DNA of 64,000 bases from Antedon mediterranea (lineage: Eukaryota > Animalia > Echinodermata): the NCBI RefSeq assembly GCF_964355755.1, contig NC_092674.1, positions 17,174,001 to 17,238,000 on the forward strand, in the 5' to 3' direction. The position numbers and the translations under genes were made by a program. The notes under the pieces were generated by a model, which did no database searches, was not told the origin of the DNA, and saw only the letters and a program-made list of their open reading frames with translations. Every line of letters begins with the position of its first letter. The first letter of the stretch is position 1. Shown here piece after piece: positions 1-14,071 of the stretch.

Positions 1-180
1 CTATCAGGCGCTAATGGTCAACCGGGTACTGGAGTCAACACATGTTGCTCCAGGTAGACTATGTAGATAGTTTCTATACGTTCTGGGTGTCAACATATGT
101 TGCACCATCATCTGAATGGCTTGTCATTGGTTCTACCTACACTTAATTTGGGCTGCTTCGTTGGCCCCTTCGTTGCCAAC

Positions 181-331
181 TGTGTTGGCCCTTTCAGAGC
201 ATCCCAATGTTCTCTTTTTATGTTTTCCTTTTACGTGCATGCTGCAACGATGACTTGCCATTCATATTAAATAACTTTACAATCAATACTTGTTTCCTTG
301 TTTTTGTTTATCGGGCTCACATGTGTCAAAA
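181..331 (+). repeat. Direct repeat copy 1 (putative B1) of left element
   Basis: tgtgttggccc...cacatgtgtcaaaa, near-identical to 504-656 with a few substitutions and indels. Confidence 0.9.
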
Positions 332-503
332 TCACGTGATTGCGGGGCGCCCTCGCAATCATCTTTTGACAGCGTGAGCATCTCATCCTCTTCACCTCAC
401 GCTGTCAACAGATTACCACGCCAGTTTTTGGCTAAGTAAAATAATATTCACTTCCCTCCCTCCACTCCCTCTTTATTTTGTTTTCAATTACGATTTTGAG
501 ACA

Positions 504-656
504 TGTGTTTTGGCCCTTGCAGAGCATCCCAATGTTCCTTTATTATGTTTTCCTTTTACGTGCATGCTGCAACGATGACTTGCCATTCATATTAAATAAC
601 TTTACAACCAATACTTGTTTCCTTGTTTTTGTTTATCGGGCTCACATGTGTCAAAA
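504..656 (+). repeat. Direct repeat copy 2 (putative B2, element terminus) of left element
   Basis: tgtgttttggccc...cacatgtgtcaaaa, immediately followed by satellite sequence gtctatttatatgaaatg. Confidence 0.9.
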
Positions 657-919
657 GTCTATTTATATGAAATGAATGATCAATCATTGAAAAATAATGC
701 TATGCAACTTTGTTTCTGATTTTAAAAAAGGTCCACTTGTTTAGGCCTGACATTTACAACCCTCAAAATATCTCACTTTCAAAAACAATATTTATTTTCA
801 AATAAAAAAAAAATATCCTAACAGGTTCGAACCCACTACTGGGAGCACTCAAAACTGAGCATTACCCGTTATGCCATAAAGTAGTACACGACAGAACAGT
901 TTGTAATAGTCTATTTATA

Positions 920-1811
920 AGTGTATTACGTAATTCATCATTACGTCATAAAAATCATATTAACCTTGTTAAAACCAAAATGGCCAGTTAGCTAAGACGA
1001 CTGAGCGTCGGTCGGTGGAATAGAGTTACGTCCCCCTTTCCACCACACATCTTGAGAAGGCACTAGCAATGCATCTGGCGATGATGTGGTGGAAACGACC
1101 CCAAGGCTGTGGCAGGGCCTTAGTGCTGAGGCAGGGAGAGCACATTTTTAAATTTTTTTTTGGCTTTCGCTACATGTATTTGATCTCGTAAATTTTATGT
1201 TTAGCGCCCTCAATTTAATGTAAAAAGAAATTAATTTATCTTCGTTACGTGTTTAGAAGAGAATGTATGTCTCATCGTAGTTTGGTATGCCGTTTGTTAT
1301 TATGCAAATGAGTTTTTGCAGGTGTAGTGGGAAAGATGGTATTGTTAGTAATTCGCGGTCAACACACCACACTGTCCCGCCACACTGTTGAATTTTGATT
1401 TTGTTAATCAATGTTGCTACATTGGTAGCGAAATGTCCGATTCATGCAAGATATTGTATTGTAATATGTTATAAATAAACATTTATGGATGGTAGTTGGT
1501 GTGTATGGCCGCACCGTCCCAGAATAAACATGTTTTAAACAGATAGTTTGTCTCCGATTATTTTTGTATTGGGTTAATGGAGAGTGAAATAGATCAAATA
1601 TAGAACATTTGCAAAGATGCCGATTTCCAGACCGATTTCGAAACTTAGACTAATTCCGCCGCCGGGCTAGGCCTTAGGCATATACGAAGTCGAAATTTTA
1701 AAGTAGAAAACTCTACCTAAAATTTTGAATTCGCATCTCGATAGTTGAATTTTTAACAAATATCATAAATATCATAGGTGATTATGTATGGTAATAAGTA
1801 TAAGTATAAGT
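920..1811. other. ~0.9 kb non-satellite insertion of unknown class
   Basis: The satellite stops after ...taatagtctatttata (919) and resumes in partly deleted form at ~1812. The insert ends in an (ATAAGT)3-like tail, and TATAAGTG occurs at both borders (916-923, 1805-1812). Confidence 0.75.
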
Positions 1812-3639
1812 GCAATTCTTTAAAAAGGTCCACTTGGTTAGGCATGACATTTACAAACATAAAAATATCTCACTATCAAAAATAAAATTTATTTTCAATT
1901 AAAAAAAAAAAAGAAAAAAAATACCCGTATAGGTTCGAACACACTGCTGAGAGCACTCAAACCTGAGCATTACCCGTTGCGCCACAAACCAGTAGATGAC
2001 TGAAGAGCTGATAATACTCTATTTATATGAAATAAAAAATAAATCAATGAAAAATAATGCCATGCAACTTTGTTTCTGATTTTAAAAAAGGTCCACTTGT
2101 TTAGGGCTGACATTTACAACTATAACAATATCTCACTTTCAAAAACAATATTTATTTTCAAATAAAAAAAAAGAAAAAAAATATACCTAAAAGTTCGAAC
2201 CCACTATTGAAATCACTCAAACCTGAGCATTACCCGTTACACCCCAAACCAGTAGATGACTGAAGAACTGATAATAGTCTATTTATATGAAATAGATGAT
2301 CAATCAATGAAAAATAATGCCATGCAACTTTGTTTCTGATTTTAAAAAAGATTCACTTGTTTAGGCTTGACAGTTGCAACCCTCAAAATATCTCACTTTC
2401 AAAATCAATATTTATTTTCAATAAAGAAAAAAAAAAGAAAAAAATACCCGTATAGGTTAGAAACCAGCTGCTGAGAGCACTCAAACCTGAGCATTACCCG
2501 TTACGCCACAAACCAGTAGATGACTGAGGAGCTGATAATAGTCTATTTATATGAAATTAATGATCAATCAATGAAAAATAATGCCATGCAACTTTGTTTC
2601 TGATTTTAAAAAAGGTCCACTTGTTTAGGCCTGACATTTACTACCCTCAAAATATCTCACTTTCAAAAACAATATTTATTTTCAATAACAAAAAAAGAAA
2701 GAAATAAAATACCCGTATAGGTTCGAACCCACTGCTGAGAGCACTCAAACCTGAGGATTACCCGTTACGCCACAAACCAGTAGATGACTGAAGAGCTGAT
2801 ATTACTCTATTTATATGAAAAAAATAATAAATCAATGAAAAATAATGCCATGCAACTTTGTTTCTGATTTTAAAAAAGGTCCACTTGTTTAGGCCTGATA
2901 TTTACAACCCTCAAAATATCTCACTTTCAAAAACAATATTTATTTTCAATAAAAAAAATATATATATATTCCTAGAGGTTCGAACCCACTACTGAGAGAA
3001 CTCAAACCTGAGCATTACCGGTTACGCCACAACCCAGTATATGAATGGAGAGCTAATAATAGTCTATTTATATGAAATGAATGATCAATCAATGAAAAAT
3101 AATGTTATGCAACTTTGTTTCTGATTTTAAAAAAGGTCCATTTTTTAGGCCTGACATTTACAACCCTCAAAATATATCATTTTCAAAAACAATATTTATT
3201 TTCAATAAAAAAAAAAAAAGAAAAAAATACCCGTATAGGTTCGAACACACTGCTGAGAGCACTCAAACCTGAGCATTACCCGTTACGCCACAAACCAGTA
3301 GATGACTGAAGAGCTGATAATACTTTATTTATATGAAATAAATAATAAATCAATGAAAAATAATGCCATGCAACTTTGTTTCTGATTTTAAAAAAGGTCC
3401 ACTTGTTTAGGGCTGATATTTAAAACCCTTAAAATATCTCACTTTCAAAAACAATATTTATTTTCAATTTAAAAAAAAAAAAAAAATCCCTAGAGGTTCG
3501 AACCCACTACTGAGAGCACTCAAACCTGAGTATTACCCGTTACGCCACAAACCAGTAGATGACTGAGGAGCTGATAATAGTCTATTTATATGAAATTAAT
3601 GATCAATCAATGAAAAATAATGCCATGCAACTTTGTTTC

Positions 3640-6600
3640 TGATTTTAAAAAAGATCCATTTGTTAAGGCCTGACATTTACAACCCTCAAAATATCTCATT
3701 TTCAAAAAAAAATATTTATTTTCAATAAGAAAAAAAAAAGCAATGTCCCTAGAGGTTGGAACCCACTACCGAGAGCACTCAAACCTGGGTATTACCCGCT
3801 ACGCCACAAACCAGTAGATGACTGGAGAGCTGATAATATGAAATTAATGATCAATCAATGAAAAATAATGCCAAGCAACTTTGTTTCTGATTTTAAAAAA
3901 GGTCCACTTGTTTAGGCCTGACATTTACAACCCTCAAAATATCTCACTTTCAAAAACAATATTTATTTTCAATAACAAAAAAAGAAAGAAATAAAATTCC
4001 CGTATAGGTTCGAACCCACTGCTGAGAGCACTCAAACCTGAGCATTACCCGTTACGCCACAAACCAGTAGATAACTGAAGAGCTGATATTACTCTATTTA
4101 TATGAAATAAATAATAAATCAATGAAAAATAATGCCATGCAACTTTGTTTCTGATTTTAAAAAAGGTCCACTTGTTTAGGCCTGATATTTACAACCCTCA
4201 AAATATCTCACTTTCAAAAACAATATTTATTTTCAATTAAAAAAAAAAAAAAAATATTCCTAGAGGTTCGAACCCACTACTGAGAGAACTCAAACATGAG
4301 CATTACCGGTTACGCCACACCCCAGTATATGAATGGAGAGCTAATAATAGTCTATTTATATGAAATGAATGATCAATCAATGAAAAATAATGTTATGCAA
4401 CTTTGTTTCTGATTTTAAAAAAGGTCCACTTGTTTAGGCCTGACATTTACAACCCTTAAAATATCTCACTTTCAAAAACAATATTTATTTTCAATTAAAA
4501 AAAAAAAAGAAAAAAAATAACCGTATATGTTCGAACCCACTGCTGAGAGCACTCAAACCTGAGCATTACCCGTTACGCCACAAACCAGTAGATAACTGAA
4601 GAGCTGATAATAGTCTATTTATATGAAATGAATGATCAATCAATGAAAAATAATGTCATGCAACTTTGTTTCTGATTTTAAAAAAGGTCCACTTGTTTAG
4701 GCCTGACATTTACAACCCTTAAAATATCTCATTTTCAAAAAAAATATTTATTTTCAATAAGAAAAAAAAGAAATATCCCTAGAGGTTCGAACCCACTACT
4801 GAGAGCACTCAGACCTGAGTATTACACGTTACGCCACAAACCAGTAGATGCCTGAGGAGCTGATAATAGTCTATTTATATGAAATTAATGATCAATCAAT
4901 GAAAAATAATGCCATGCAACTTTGTTTCTGATTTTAAAAAAGGTCCACTTGTTTAGGCCTGACATTTACAACCCTTAAAATATCTCATTTTCAAAAAAAA
5001 ATATTTATTTTCAATAAGAAAAAAAAAGCAATATACCTAGAAGTTGGAACCCGCTACTGAGAGCACTCAAACCTGGGTATTACCCGTTACGCCACAAACC
5101 AGTAGATGACTGAAGAGCTGATAATATGAAATTAATGATCAATCAATGAAAAATAATGCCATGCAACTTTGTTTCTGATTTTAAAAAAGATCCATTTGTT
5201 AAGGCCTGACATTTACAACCCTCAAAATATCTCATTTTCAAAAAAAAATATTTATTTTCAATAAGAAAAAAAAAAGCAATGTCCCTAGAGGTTGGAACCC
5301 ACTACCGAGAGCACTCAAACCTGGGTATTACCCGCTACGCCACAAACCAGTAGATGACTGGAGAGCTGATAATATGAAATTAATGATCAATCAATGAAAA
5401 ATAATGCCAAGCAACTTTGTTTCTGATTTTAAAAAAGGTCCACTTGTTTAGGCCTGACATTTACAACCCTCAAAATATCTCACTTTCAAAAACAATATTT
5501 ATTTTCAATAACAAAAAAAGAAAGAAATAAAATTCCCGTATAGGTTCGAACCCACTGCTGAGAGCACTCAAACCTGAGCATTACCCGTTACGCCACAAAC
5601 CAGTAGATAACTGAAGAGCTGATATTACTCTATTTATATGAAATAAATAATAAATCAATGAAAAATAATGCCATGCAACTTTGTTTCTGATTTTAAAAAA
5701 GGTCCACTTGTTTAGGCCTGATATTTACAACCCTCAAAATATCTCACTTTCAAAAACAATATTTATTTTCAATTAAAAAAAAAAAAAAAATATTCCTAGA
5801 GGTTCGAACCCACTACTGAGAGAACTCAAACATGAGCATTACCGGTTACGCCACACCCCAGTATATGAATGGAGAGCTAATAATAGTCTATTTATATGAA
5901 ATGAATGATCAATCAATGAAAAATAATGTTATGCAACTTTGTTTCTGATTTTAAAAAAGGTCCACTTGTTTAGGCCTGACATTTACAACCCTTAAAATAT
6001 CTCACTTTCAAAAACAATATTTATTTTCAATTAAAAAAAAAAAAGAAAAAAAATAACCGTATATGTTCGAACCCACTGCTGAGAGCACTCAAACCTGAGC
6101 ATTACCCGTTACGCCACAAACCAGTAGATAACTGAAGAGCTGATAATAGTCTATTTATATGAAATGAATGATCAATCAATGAAAAATAATGTCATGCAAC
6201 TTTGTTTCTGATTTTAAAAAAGGTCCACTTGTTTAGGCCTGACATTTACAACCCTTAAAATATCTCATTTTCAAAAAAAATATTTATTTTCAATAAGAAA
6301 AAAAAGAAATATCCCTAGAGGTTCGAACCCACTACTGAGAGCACTCAGACCTGAGTATTACACGTTACGCCACAAACCAGTAGATGCCTGAGGAGCTGAT
6401 AATAGTCTATTTATATGAAATTAATGATCAATCAATGAAAAATAATGCCATGCAACTTTGTTTCTGATTTTAAAAAAGGTCCACTTGTTTAGGCCTGACA
6501 TTTACAACCCTTAAAATATCTCATTTTCAAAAAAAAATATTTATTTTCAATAAGAAAAAAAAAGCAATATACCTAGAAGTTGGAACCCGCTACTGAGAGC

Positions 6601-6710
6601 ACTCAAACCTGGGTATTACCCGTTACGCCACAAACCAGTAGATGACTGAAGAGCTGATAATATGAAATTAATGATCAATCAATGAAAAATAATGCCATGC
6701 AACTTTGTTT
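3640..6710. repeat. Higher-order repeat: 6-monomer block, 2 copies, period ~1536 bp
   Basis: The diagnostic variant gtccctagaggttggaacccactaccg occurs at 3745 and 5281, and the following monomer variants recur in the same order. Boundaries are approximate. Confidence 0.85.
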
Positions 6711-9700
6711 CTAATTTTAAAAAAGGTCCACTTGTTTAGGCCTGACATTTACAACCCTCAAAATAACTCACTTTTAAAAACAATATTTATTTTCAATTAA
6801 AAAAAAAAAGAAAAAATTTCCTAGAGGTCCGAACCCACTACTGCGAGAACTCAAACCTGAGCATTACCCGTTACGCCACAAACCAGTAGATGACTGAAGA
6901 GCTGATAATACTCTATTTATATGAAATAAATAATAAATCAATGAAAAATAATGCCATGCAACTTTGTTTCTGATTTTTAAAAAGGTGCACTTGTTTAAGC
7001 CTGATATTTACAACCCTCAAAATATCTCACTTTCAAAAACAATATTTATTTTCAATTAAAAAAAAAAACAAAAAAAAACGTGGAGGTTCGAACCCTCTAC
7101 TGAGTGCACTCAAACCTGAGCATTACCCGTTACGCCACAAACCAGTAGATAACTGAAGAGCTGATAATAGTCTATTTATATGAAATGAATGATCAATCAA
7201 TGAAAAATAATGTCATGCAACTTTGTTTCTGATTTTAAAAAAGGTCCACTTGTTTAGGCCTGACATTTACAACCCTTAAAATATCTCACTTTCAAAAACA
7301 ATATTTATTTTCAATTTAAAAAAAAAAGAAAAAATATATCCCTAGAAGTTCGAACCCACTATTGAAATCACTCAAGCCTGAGCATTACCCGTTACGCCGC
7401 AAATCAGTAGATGACTGAAGAGCTGATAATAGTCTATTTATATGAAATAGATAATCAATCAATGAAAAATAATACCATGTAAATTTGTTTCTGATTTTTA
7501 AAAAGGTCCACTTGTTTAGGCCTGAATGATCAATCAATGAAAAATAATGTTATGCAACTTTGTTTCTTATTTTAAGAAAGGTCCACTTGTTTAGGCCTGA
7601 CATTTACAACTATAACAATATCTCACTTTCAAAAACAAAATTTATTTTCAAATAAAAAAAAAAAATAGCAATATCCCTAGAAGTTGGAACCCGCTACTGA
7701 GAGCACTCTAACCCGGGTATTACCCGTTACGCCACAAAGCAGTAGATGACTGAAGAGCTGATAATATGAAATTAATGATCAATCAATGAAAAAAAATGCC
7801 ATGCAACTTTGTTTCTGATTTAAAAAAAGGTCCACTTCTTTAGGCATGACATTTACAACCCTCAAAATATCTCATTTTCAAACAAAATATTTATTTTCAA
7901 TAAAAAAAAAAACTTAAAAAAATTACCGTATATGTTCGAACCCACTGCTGAGAGCACTCAAACCTGAGCATTACCCGTTACGCCACAAACCAGTAGATAA
8001 CTGAAGAGCTGATAATAGTCTATTTATATGAAATGAATGATCAATCAATGAAAAATAATGCCATGCAACTTTGTTTCTGATTGAAAAAAAGATCTGTTTG
8101 TTTAGGCCTGACATTTACAACCCTCAAAATATCTCATTTTCAAAAAAAAATTTTCTTTTCAATAAGAAAAAAAAAGCAATATCCGTAGAGGTTGGAACCC
8201 GCTACTGAGAGCACTCAAACCTGGGTATTACCCGTTACGACACAAACCAGTAGATGACTGAAGAGCTGATAATATGAAATGAATGATCAATCAATGAAAA
8301 ATAATGTTATGCAACCTTGTTTCTGATTTTAAAAAAGGTCCACTTGTTTAGGCCTGACATTTACAACTATAACAATATCTCACTTTCAAAAACAATATTT
8401 ATTTTCAAATAAAAAAAAAAGAAAATAAATATCCCTAGAAATTCGAACCCACTATTGAAATCACAAGAACCTGAGCATTACCCGTTACGCTACAAACCAG
8501 TAGATGACTGAAGAGCTGATATTACTCTATTTATATGAAATAAATAATAAATCAATGAAAAATAATGCCATGCAACTTTGTTTCTGATTTTAAAAGAGGT
8601 CCACTTGTTTAGGCCTGACATTTACAACCCTCAAAATAACTCACTTTCAAAAACAATATTTATTTTCAATTAAAAAAAAAAAGAAAAAATTTCCCAGAGG
8701 TTCGAACCCACTACTGCGAGAACTCAAACCTGAGCATTACCCGTTACGCCACAAACCAGTAGATGACTGAAGAGCTGATAATACTTTATTTATATGAAAT
8801 AAATAATAAATCAATGAAAAATAATGCCATGCAACTTTGTTTCTGATTTTTAAAAAGGTGCACTTGTTTAAGCCTGATATTTACAACCCTCAAAATATCT
8901 CACTTTCAAAAACAATATTTATTTTCAATTAAAAACAAAAAACAAAAAAAAAACGTAGAGGTTCGAACCCACTACTTAGTGCACTCAAACCTGAGTATTA
9001 CCCGTTACGACACAAACCAGTAGATAATCGAGGAGCTGATAATAGTCTATTTATATGAAATTAATGATCAATCAATGAAAAATAATGCTATGCAACTTTG
9101 TTTCTGATTTTTAAAAAGGTCCACTTGTTAAGGCCTGACATTTACAACTATAACAATATCTCACTTTCAAAAAAAATATTTATTTTCAAATAAAAAAAAA
9201 AAAGCAATATCCCTAAAAGTAGGAACCCGCTACTGAGAGCACTCAAACCTGGGTATTACCCGTTACGCCACAAACCAGTAGATGACTGAAGAGCTGATAA
9301 TATGAAATTAATGATCAATCAATGAAAAATAATGCCATGCAACTTTGTTTCTGATTTTAAAAAAGGTCCACTTCTTTAGACCTGACATTTACAACCCTCA
9401 AAATATCACATTTTCAAACAAAATATTTATTTTCAATTAAAAAAAAAAGAAAAAAGAAATATCCCTAGAAATTCGAACCCACTATTGAAATCACACGAAC
9501 CTGAGCATTACCCGTTACGCTACAAACCAGTAGATGACTGAAGAGCTGATATTACTCTATTTATATGAAATAAATAATAAATCAATGAAAAATAATGCCA
9601 TGCAACTTTGTTTCTGATTTTAAAAAAGGTCCACTTGTTTAGGCCTGATATTTACAACTCTCAAAATATCTCACTTTCAAAAACAATATTTATTTTCAAT

Positions 9701-10689
9701 TTAAAAAAAAAAAATATTCCTAGAGGTTCGAACCCACTACTGAGAGAACTCAAACCTGAGCATTACCGGTTACGCCACAACCCAGTATATGAATGGAGAG
9801 CTAATAATAGTCTATTTATATGAGATGAATGATCAATCAATGAAAAATAATGTTATGCAACTTTGTTTCTGATTTTAAAAAAGGTCCACTTTTTTAGGCC
9901 TGACATTTACAACCCTCAAAATATATCATTTTCAAAAACAATATTTATTTTCAATAAAAAAAAAAAAAGAAAAAAAAATACCCGTATAGGTTCGAACACA
10001 CTGCTGAGAGCACTCAAACCTGAGCATTACCCGTTACGCCACAAACCAGTAGATGACTGAGGAGCTGATAATATTCTATTTATATGAAATTAATGATCAA
10101 TCCATGAAAAATAATGCCATGCAACTTTGTTTCTGATTTTAAAAAAGGTCCACTTGTTTAGGCCTGACATTTACTACACTCAAAATATCACTTTTTCAAA
10201 AAAAATATTTATTTTCAATTTAAAAAAAAAAAAAATAAAAATATCCCTAGAGGTTCGTCCCACTACTCAGAGCACTCAAACCTGAGCATTACCCGTTACG
10301 CCACAAACCAGTAGATGACTGAAGAGCTGATAATAGTCTATTTATATGAAATGAATGATCAATCAATGAAAAATAATGTCATGCAACTTTGTTTCTGATT
10401 TTAAAAAAGGTCCACTTGTTTAGGCCTGACATTTACAACTATAACAATATCTCACTTTCAAAAACAATATTTATTTTCAAATAAAAAAAAAAGAAAAAAA
10501 ATATCCCTAGAAGTTCAAACCCACTATTGAAATCACTCAAACCTGAGCATTACCCTTACGCCGCAAACCAGTAGACGACTGAAGAGCTGATAATAGTCTA
10601 TTTATATGAAATAGATGATCAATCAATGAAAAATAATGCCATGCAACTTTGTTTCTGATTTTAAAAAAGGTCCACTTGTTTAGGCCTGA

Positions 10690-13080
10690 CATTTACAACC
10701 CTTAAAATATCTCACTTTCAAAAACAATATTTATTTTCAATTAAAAAAAAAAAAGAAAAAAAATAACTGTATATGTTCGAACCCACTGCTGAGAGCACTC
10801 AAACCTGAGCATTACCCGTTACGCCACAAACCAGTAGATAACTGAAGAGCTGATAATAGTCTATTTATATGAAATGAATGATCAATCAATGAAAAATAAT
10901 GCCATGCAACTTTGTTTCTGATTGAAAAAAGGATCTGTTTGTTTAGGCCTGACATTTACAACCCTCAAAATATCTCATTTTCAAAAAAAAATTTTCTTTT
11001 CAATAAGAAAAAAAAAGCAATATCCGTAGAGGTTGGAACCCGCTACTTAGAGCACTCAAACCTGGGTATTACCCGTTACGACACAAACCAGTAGATGACT
11101 GAACAGCTGATAATATGAAATGAATGATCAATCAACAATATTTATTTTCAAATAAAAAAAAAAGACAATAAATATCCCTAGAAATTCGAACCCACTATTG
11201 AAATCATTCGAACCTGAGCATTACCCGTTACGCCGCAAACCAGTAGATGACTGACGAGCTTATAATAGTCTATTTATATTATGAGATAGATGATAAATCA
11301 ATGAAAAATAATGCAATGCAACTTTGTTTCTGATTTTAAAAAAGGTCCACTTGTTTAAGCCTGACATTTACAACCCTCAAAATATCTCACTTTCAAAAAC
11401 AATATTTATTTTCAATTAAAAAAAAAATTAAAAAAATACCCGTGTAGGTTCGAACCCACTGCTGAGAGCACTCAAACCTGACCGTTACCCGTTACGCCAC
11501 AAACCAGTAGATGACTGAAGAGCTGATAATAGTCTATTTATATGAAATGAATGATCAATCAATGAAAAATAATGCCATGAAACTTTGTTTCTGATTGAAA
11601 AAAAGATCTGTTTGTTTAGGCCTGACATTTACAACCCTCAAAATATCTTATTTAAAAAGAAATATTTATCTTCAATTAAAAAAAAAATAAATAAAAATAA
11701 CCTTAGAGGTGCGAACCCACTACTGCGAGCACTCAAACTTGAGCATTACTCGCTACGCCACAAACCGGCAGATGACTGAAGAGCTAATAATACTCTATTT
11801 ATATGAAATGAATAATAAATCAATGAAAAATAATGCCATGCAACTTTGTTTCTGATTGAAAAAAAGATCCGCTTGTTTAGGCCTGACATTTACAACCCTT
11901 AAAATATCTCACTTTCAAAAACAATATTTATTTTCAATTAAAAAAATAAAAAAAATAACTGTATATGTTCGAACCCACTGCTGAGAGCACTCAAACCTGA
12001 GCATTACCCGTTACGCCACAAACCAGTAGATAACTGAAGAGCTGATAATAGTCTATTTATATGAAATGAATGATCAATCAATGAAAAATAATGCCATGCA
12101 ACTTTGTTTCTGATTGAAAAAAAGATCTGTTTGTTTAGGCCTGACATTTACAACCCTCAAAATATCTCATTTTGAAAAAAAAAATTTCTTTTCAATAAGA
12201 AAAAAAAAAGCAATATCCGTAGAGGTTGGAACCCGCTACTGAGAGCACTCAAACCTGGGTATTACCCGTTACGACACAAACCAGTAGATGACTGAAGAGC
12301 TGATAATATGAAATGAATGATATATCAACAATATTTATTTTCAAATAAAAAAAAAAGAAAATAAATATCCCTAGAAATTCGAACCCACTATTGAAATCAT
12401 TCGAACCTGAGCATTACCCGTTACGCCGCAAACCAGTAGATGACTGACGAGCTTATAATAGTCTATTTATATTATGAGATAGATGATAAATCAATGAAAA
12501 ATAATGCAATGCAACTTTGTTTCTGATTTTAAAAAAGGTCCACTTGTTTAGGCCTGACATTTACAACCCTCAAAATATCTCACTTTCAAAAACAATATTT
12601 ATTTTCAATTAAAAAAAAAAATAAAAAAAATACCCGTGTAGGTTCGAACCCACTGCTGAGAGCACTCAAACCTGACCGTTACCCGTTACGCCACAAACCA
12701 GTAGATGACTGAAGAGCTGATAATAGTCTATTTATATGAAATGAATGATCAATCAATGAAAAATAATGCCATGAAACCTTGTTTCTGATTGAAAAAAAGA
12801 TCTGTTTGTTTAGGCCTGACATTTACAACCCTCAAAATATCTTATTTAAAAAAAAATATTTATCTTCAATTAAAAAAAAAATAAATAAAAATAACCTTAG
12901 AGGTGCGAACCCACTACTGCGAGCACTCAAACTTGAGCATTACTCGCTACGCCACAAACCAGCAGATGACTGAAGAGCTAATAATACTCTATTTATATGA
13001 AATGAATAATAAATCAATGAAAAATAATGCCATGCAACTTTGTTTCTGATTGAAAAAAAGATCCGTTTGTTTAGGCCTGA
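10690..13080. repeat. Tandem duplication with period ~1194 bp including an internally deleted monomer
   Basis: Identical pseudo-ORFs at 11585 and 12779. A shared ~85 bp deletion (…atcaacaatattt…) lies at ~11130 and ~12325, and both copies share the tatattatgagataga variant. Boundaries are approximate. Confidence 0.85.
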
Positions 13081-13465
13081 CATTTACAACCCTCAAAATA
13101 TCTCATTAAAAAAAAAATATTTATCTTCAATTAAAAAAAAAAAAGAAAAGAGAAATATCCCTAGAGGTTCGAACCCACTACTGAGAGCACTCAGACCTGA
13201 GTATTACACGTTACGCCACAAACCAGTAGATTACTGAGGACCTGATAATAGTCTATTTATATGAAATTAATGATCAATCAATGAAAAATAATGTTATGCA
13301 ACTTTGTTTCTGATTTTTAAAAAGGTCCACTTGTTTAGGCCTGACATTTACAATCTCACTTTAAAAAACAATATTTATTTTCAATTTAAAAAATAAAAAA
13401 ATAAAAATAACCTTAGAGTTGCGAACCCACTACTGCGAGCACTCAAACTTGAGCATTACCCGCTA

Positions 13466-14071
13466 GCGATTTTTTTTTTCGTACATAAGTTGGGGACCCC
13501 CCCCCCCCCTCATGAAAGGTCACAAAATAAAAATGAATAATTCATCAGTTCAATTTGTTGTTCCGTGTGCACCCAAGCGTATAGCAACAAGAAGTGATCA
13601 CACGCACAACTAAACTGCGATACGATTCTTTCTACAGTAGGCCTAGGATTCTAGGTCAATTCACGTGATTGCCTTCGCGCACTCTTCTTAATCTTCACAC
13701 ACACACACCACTATGCAAAATGTGTCGAGGCTAATCGACAGCTAGGCAAGATATTAAACTAAGTACTGTAGTTAATTGGACATAGCCCAAAGAAAGCTTA
13801 GACCCACACGAATAAAAAATGTGTATAATTTGTGTACTGTAATTTTTTAATTCTGCTATTTTATTATCAAACAATATGCATGTACTCAAAGGAACTTTAA
13901 AAATGCGCGTATATGAACACATGAGATGGGAAGATTAGACCCACGAGAATAAAAAATGTATTTTTGTGTAATGTTTATTGTTTAATTTTGTCATACCTAA
14001 CACACACACGTCACACACACCCACACAGCTACTATTAGAATAGACATGGGTTTAGAGACTAATAATTAGGC
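13466..14071. other. ~606 bp non-satellite insertion of unknown class
   Basis: Begins after cattacccgcta with a T10 run followed by a long C run. Contains (CA)n tracts and an internal direct repeat TTAGACCCAC..GAATAAAAAATG (~13799, ~13936). The satellite resumes at acctgagcattaccc (14072). Confidence 0.8.

Larger units (their letters stand above)
1..656 (+). mobile_element. 3' end of a probable Ngaro/DIRS-type (tyrosine recombinase) retrotransposon, B1-A2-B2 split-direct-repeat terminus
   Basis: A ~150 bp direct repeat (181-331, 504-656) is separated by a unique spacer, and the second copy ends exactly at the satellite. Motifs are shared with the RT-bearing element at the right end: TTGTTTCCTT(T)GTTTT near the B end, a CAAA(A) terminus, and TTCCCTCC[C/A]TCCAC in the spacer. 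No coding region is recognisable in this part of the window, so the assignment rests on architecture. Confidence 0.65.

Noticed and set aside
478-675. 65 aa ORF
   Set aside because: It lies over the B2 repeat and the satellite junction and shows no recognisable domain.
980-1150. Possible RNase MRP/P, telomerase RNA or intact tRNA
   Set aside because: There are no convincing conserved P4 motifs, no telomeric template and no B box. Kept only as an unclassified structured island.
916-1812. hAT-like DNA transposon with 8 bp TSD TATAAGTG
   Set aside because: Only a 6 bp TATTAC/GTAATA inverted match is present, and the satellite does not resume in register after the repeat.
13731-13922. 63 aa minus-strand ORF in the second insertion
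   Set aside because: Short, AT-rich and without a recognisable motif.
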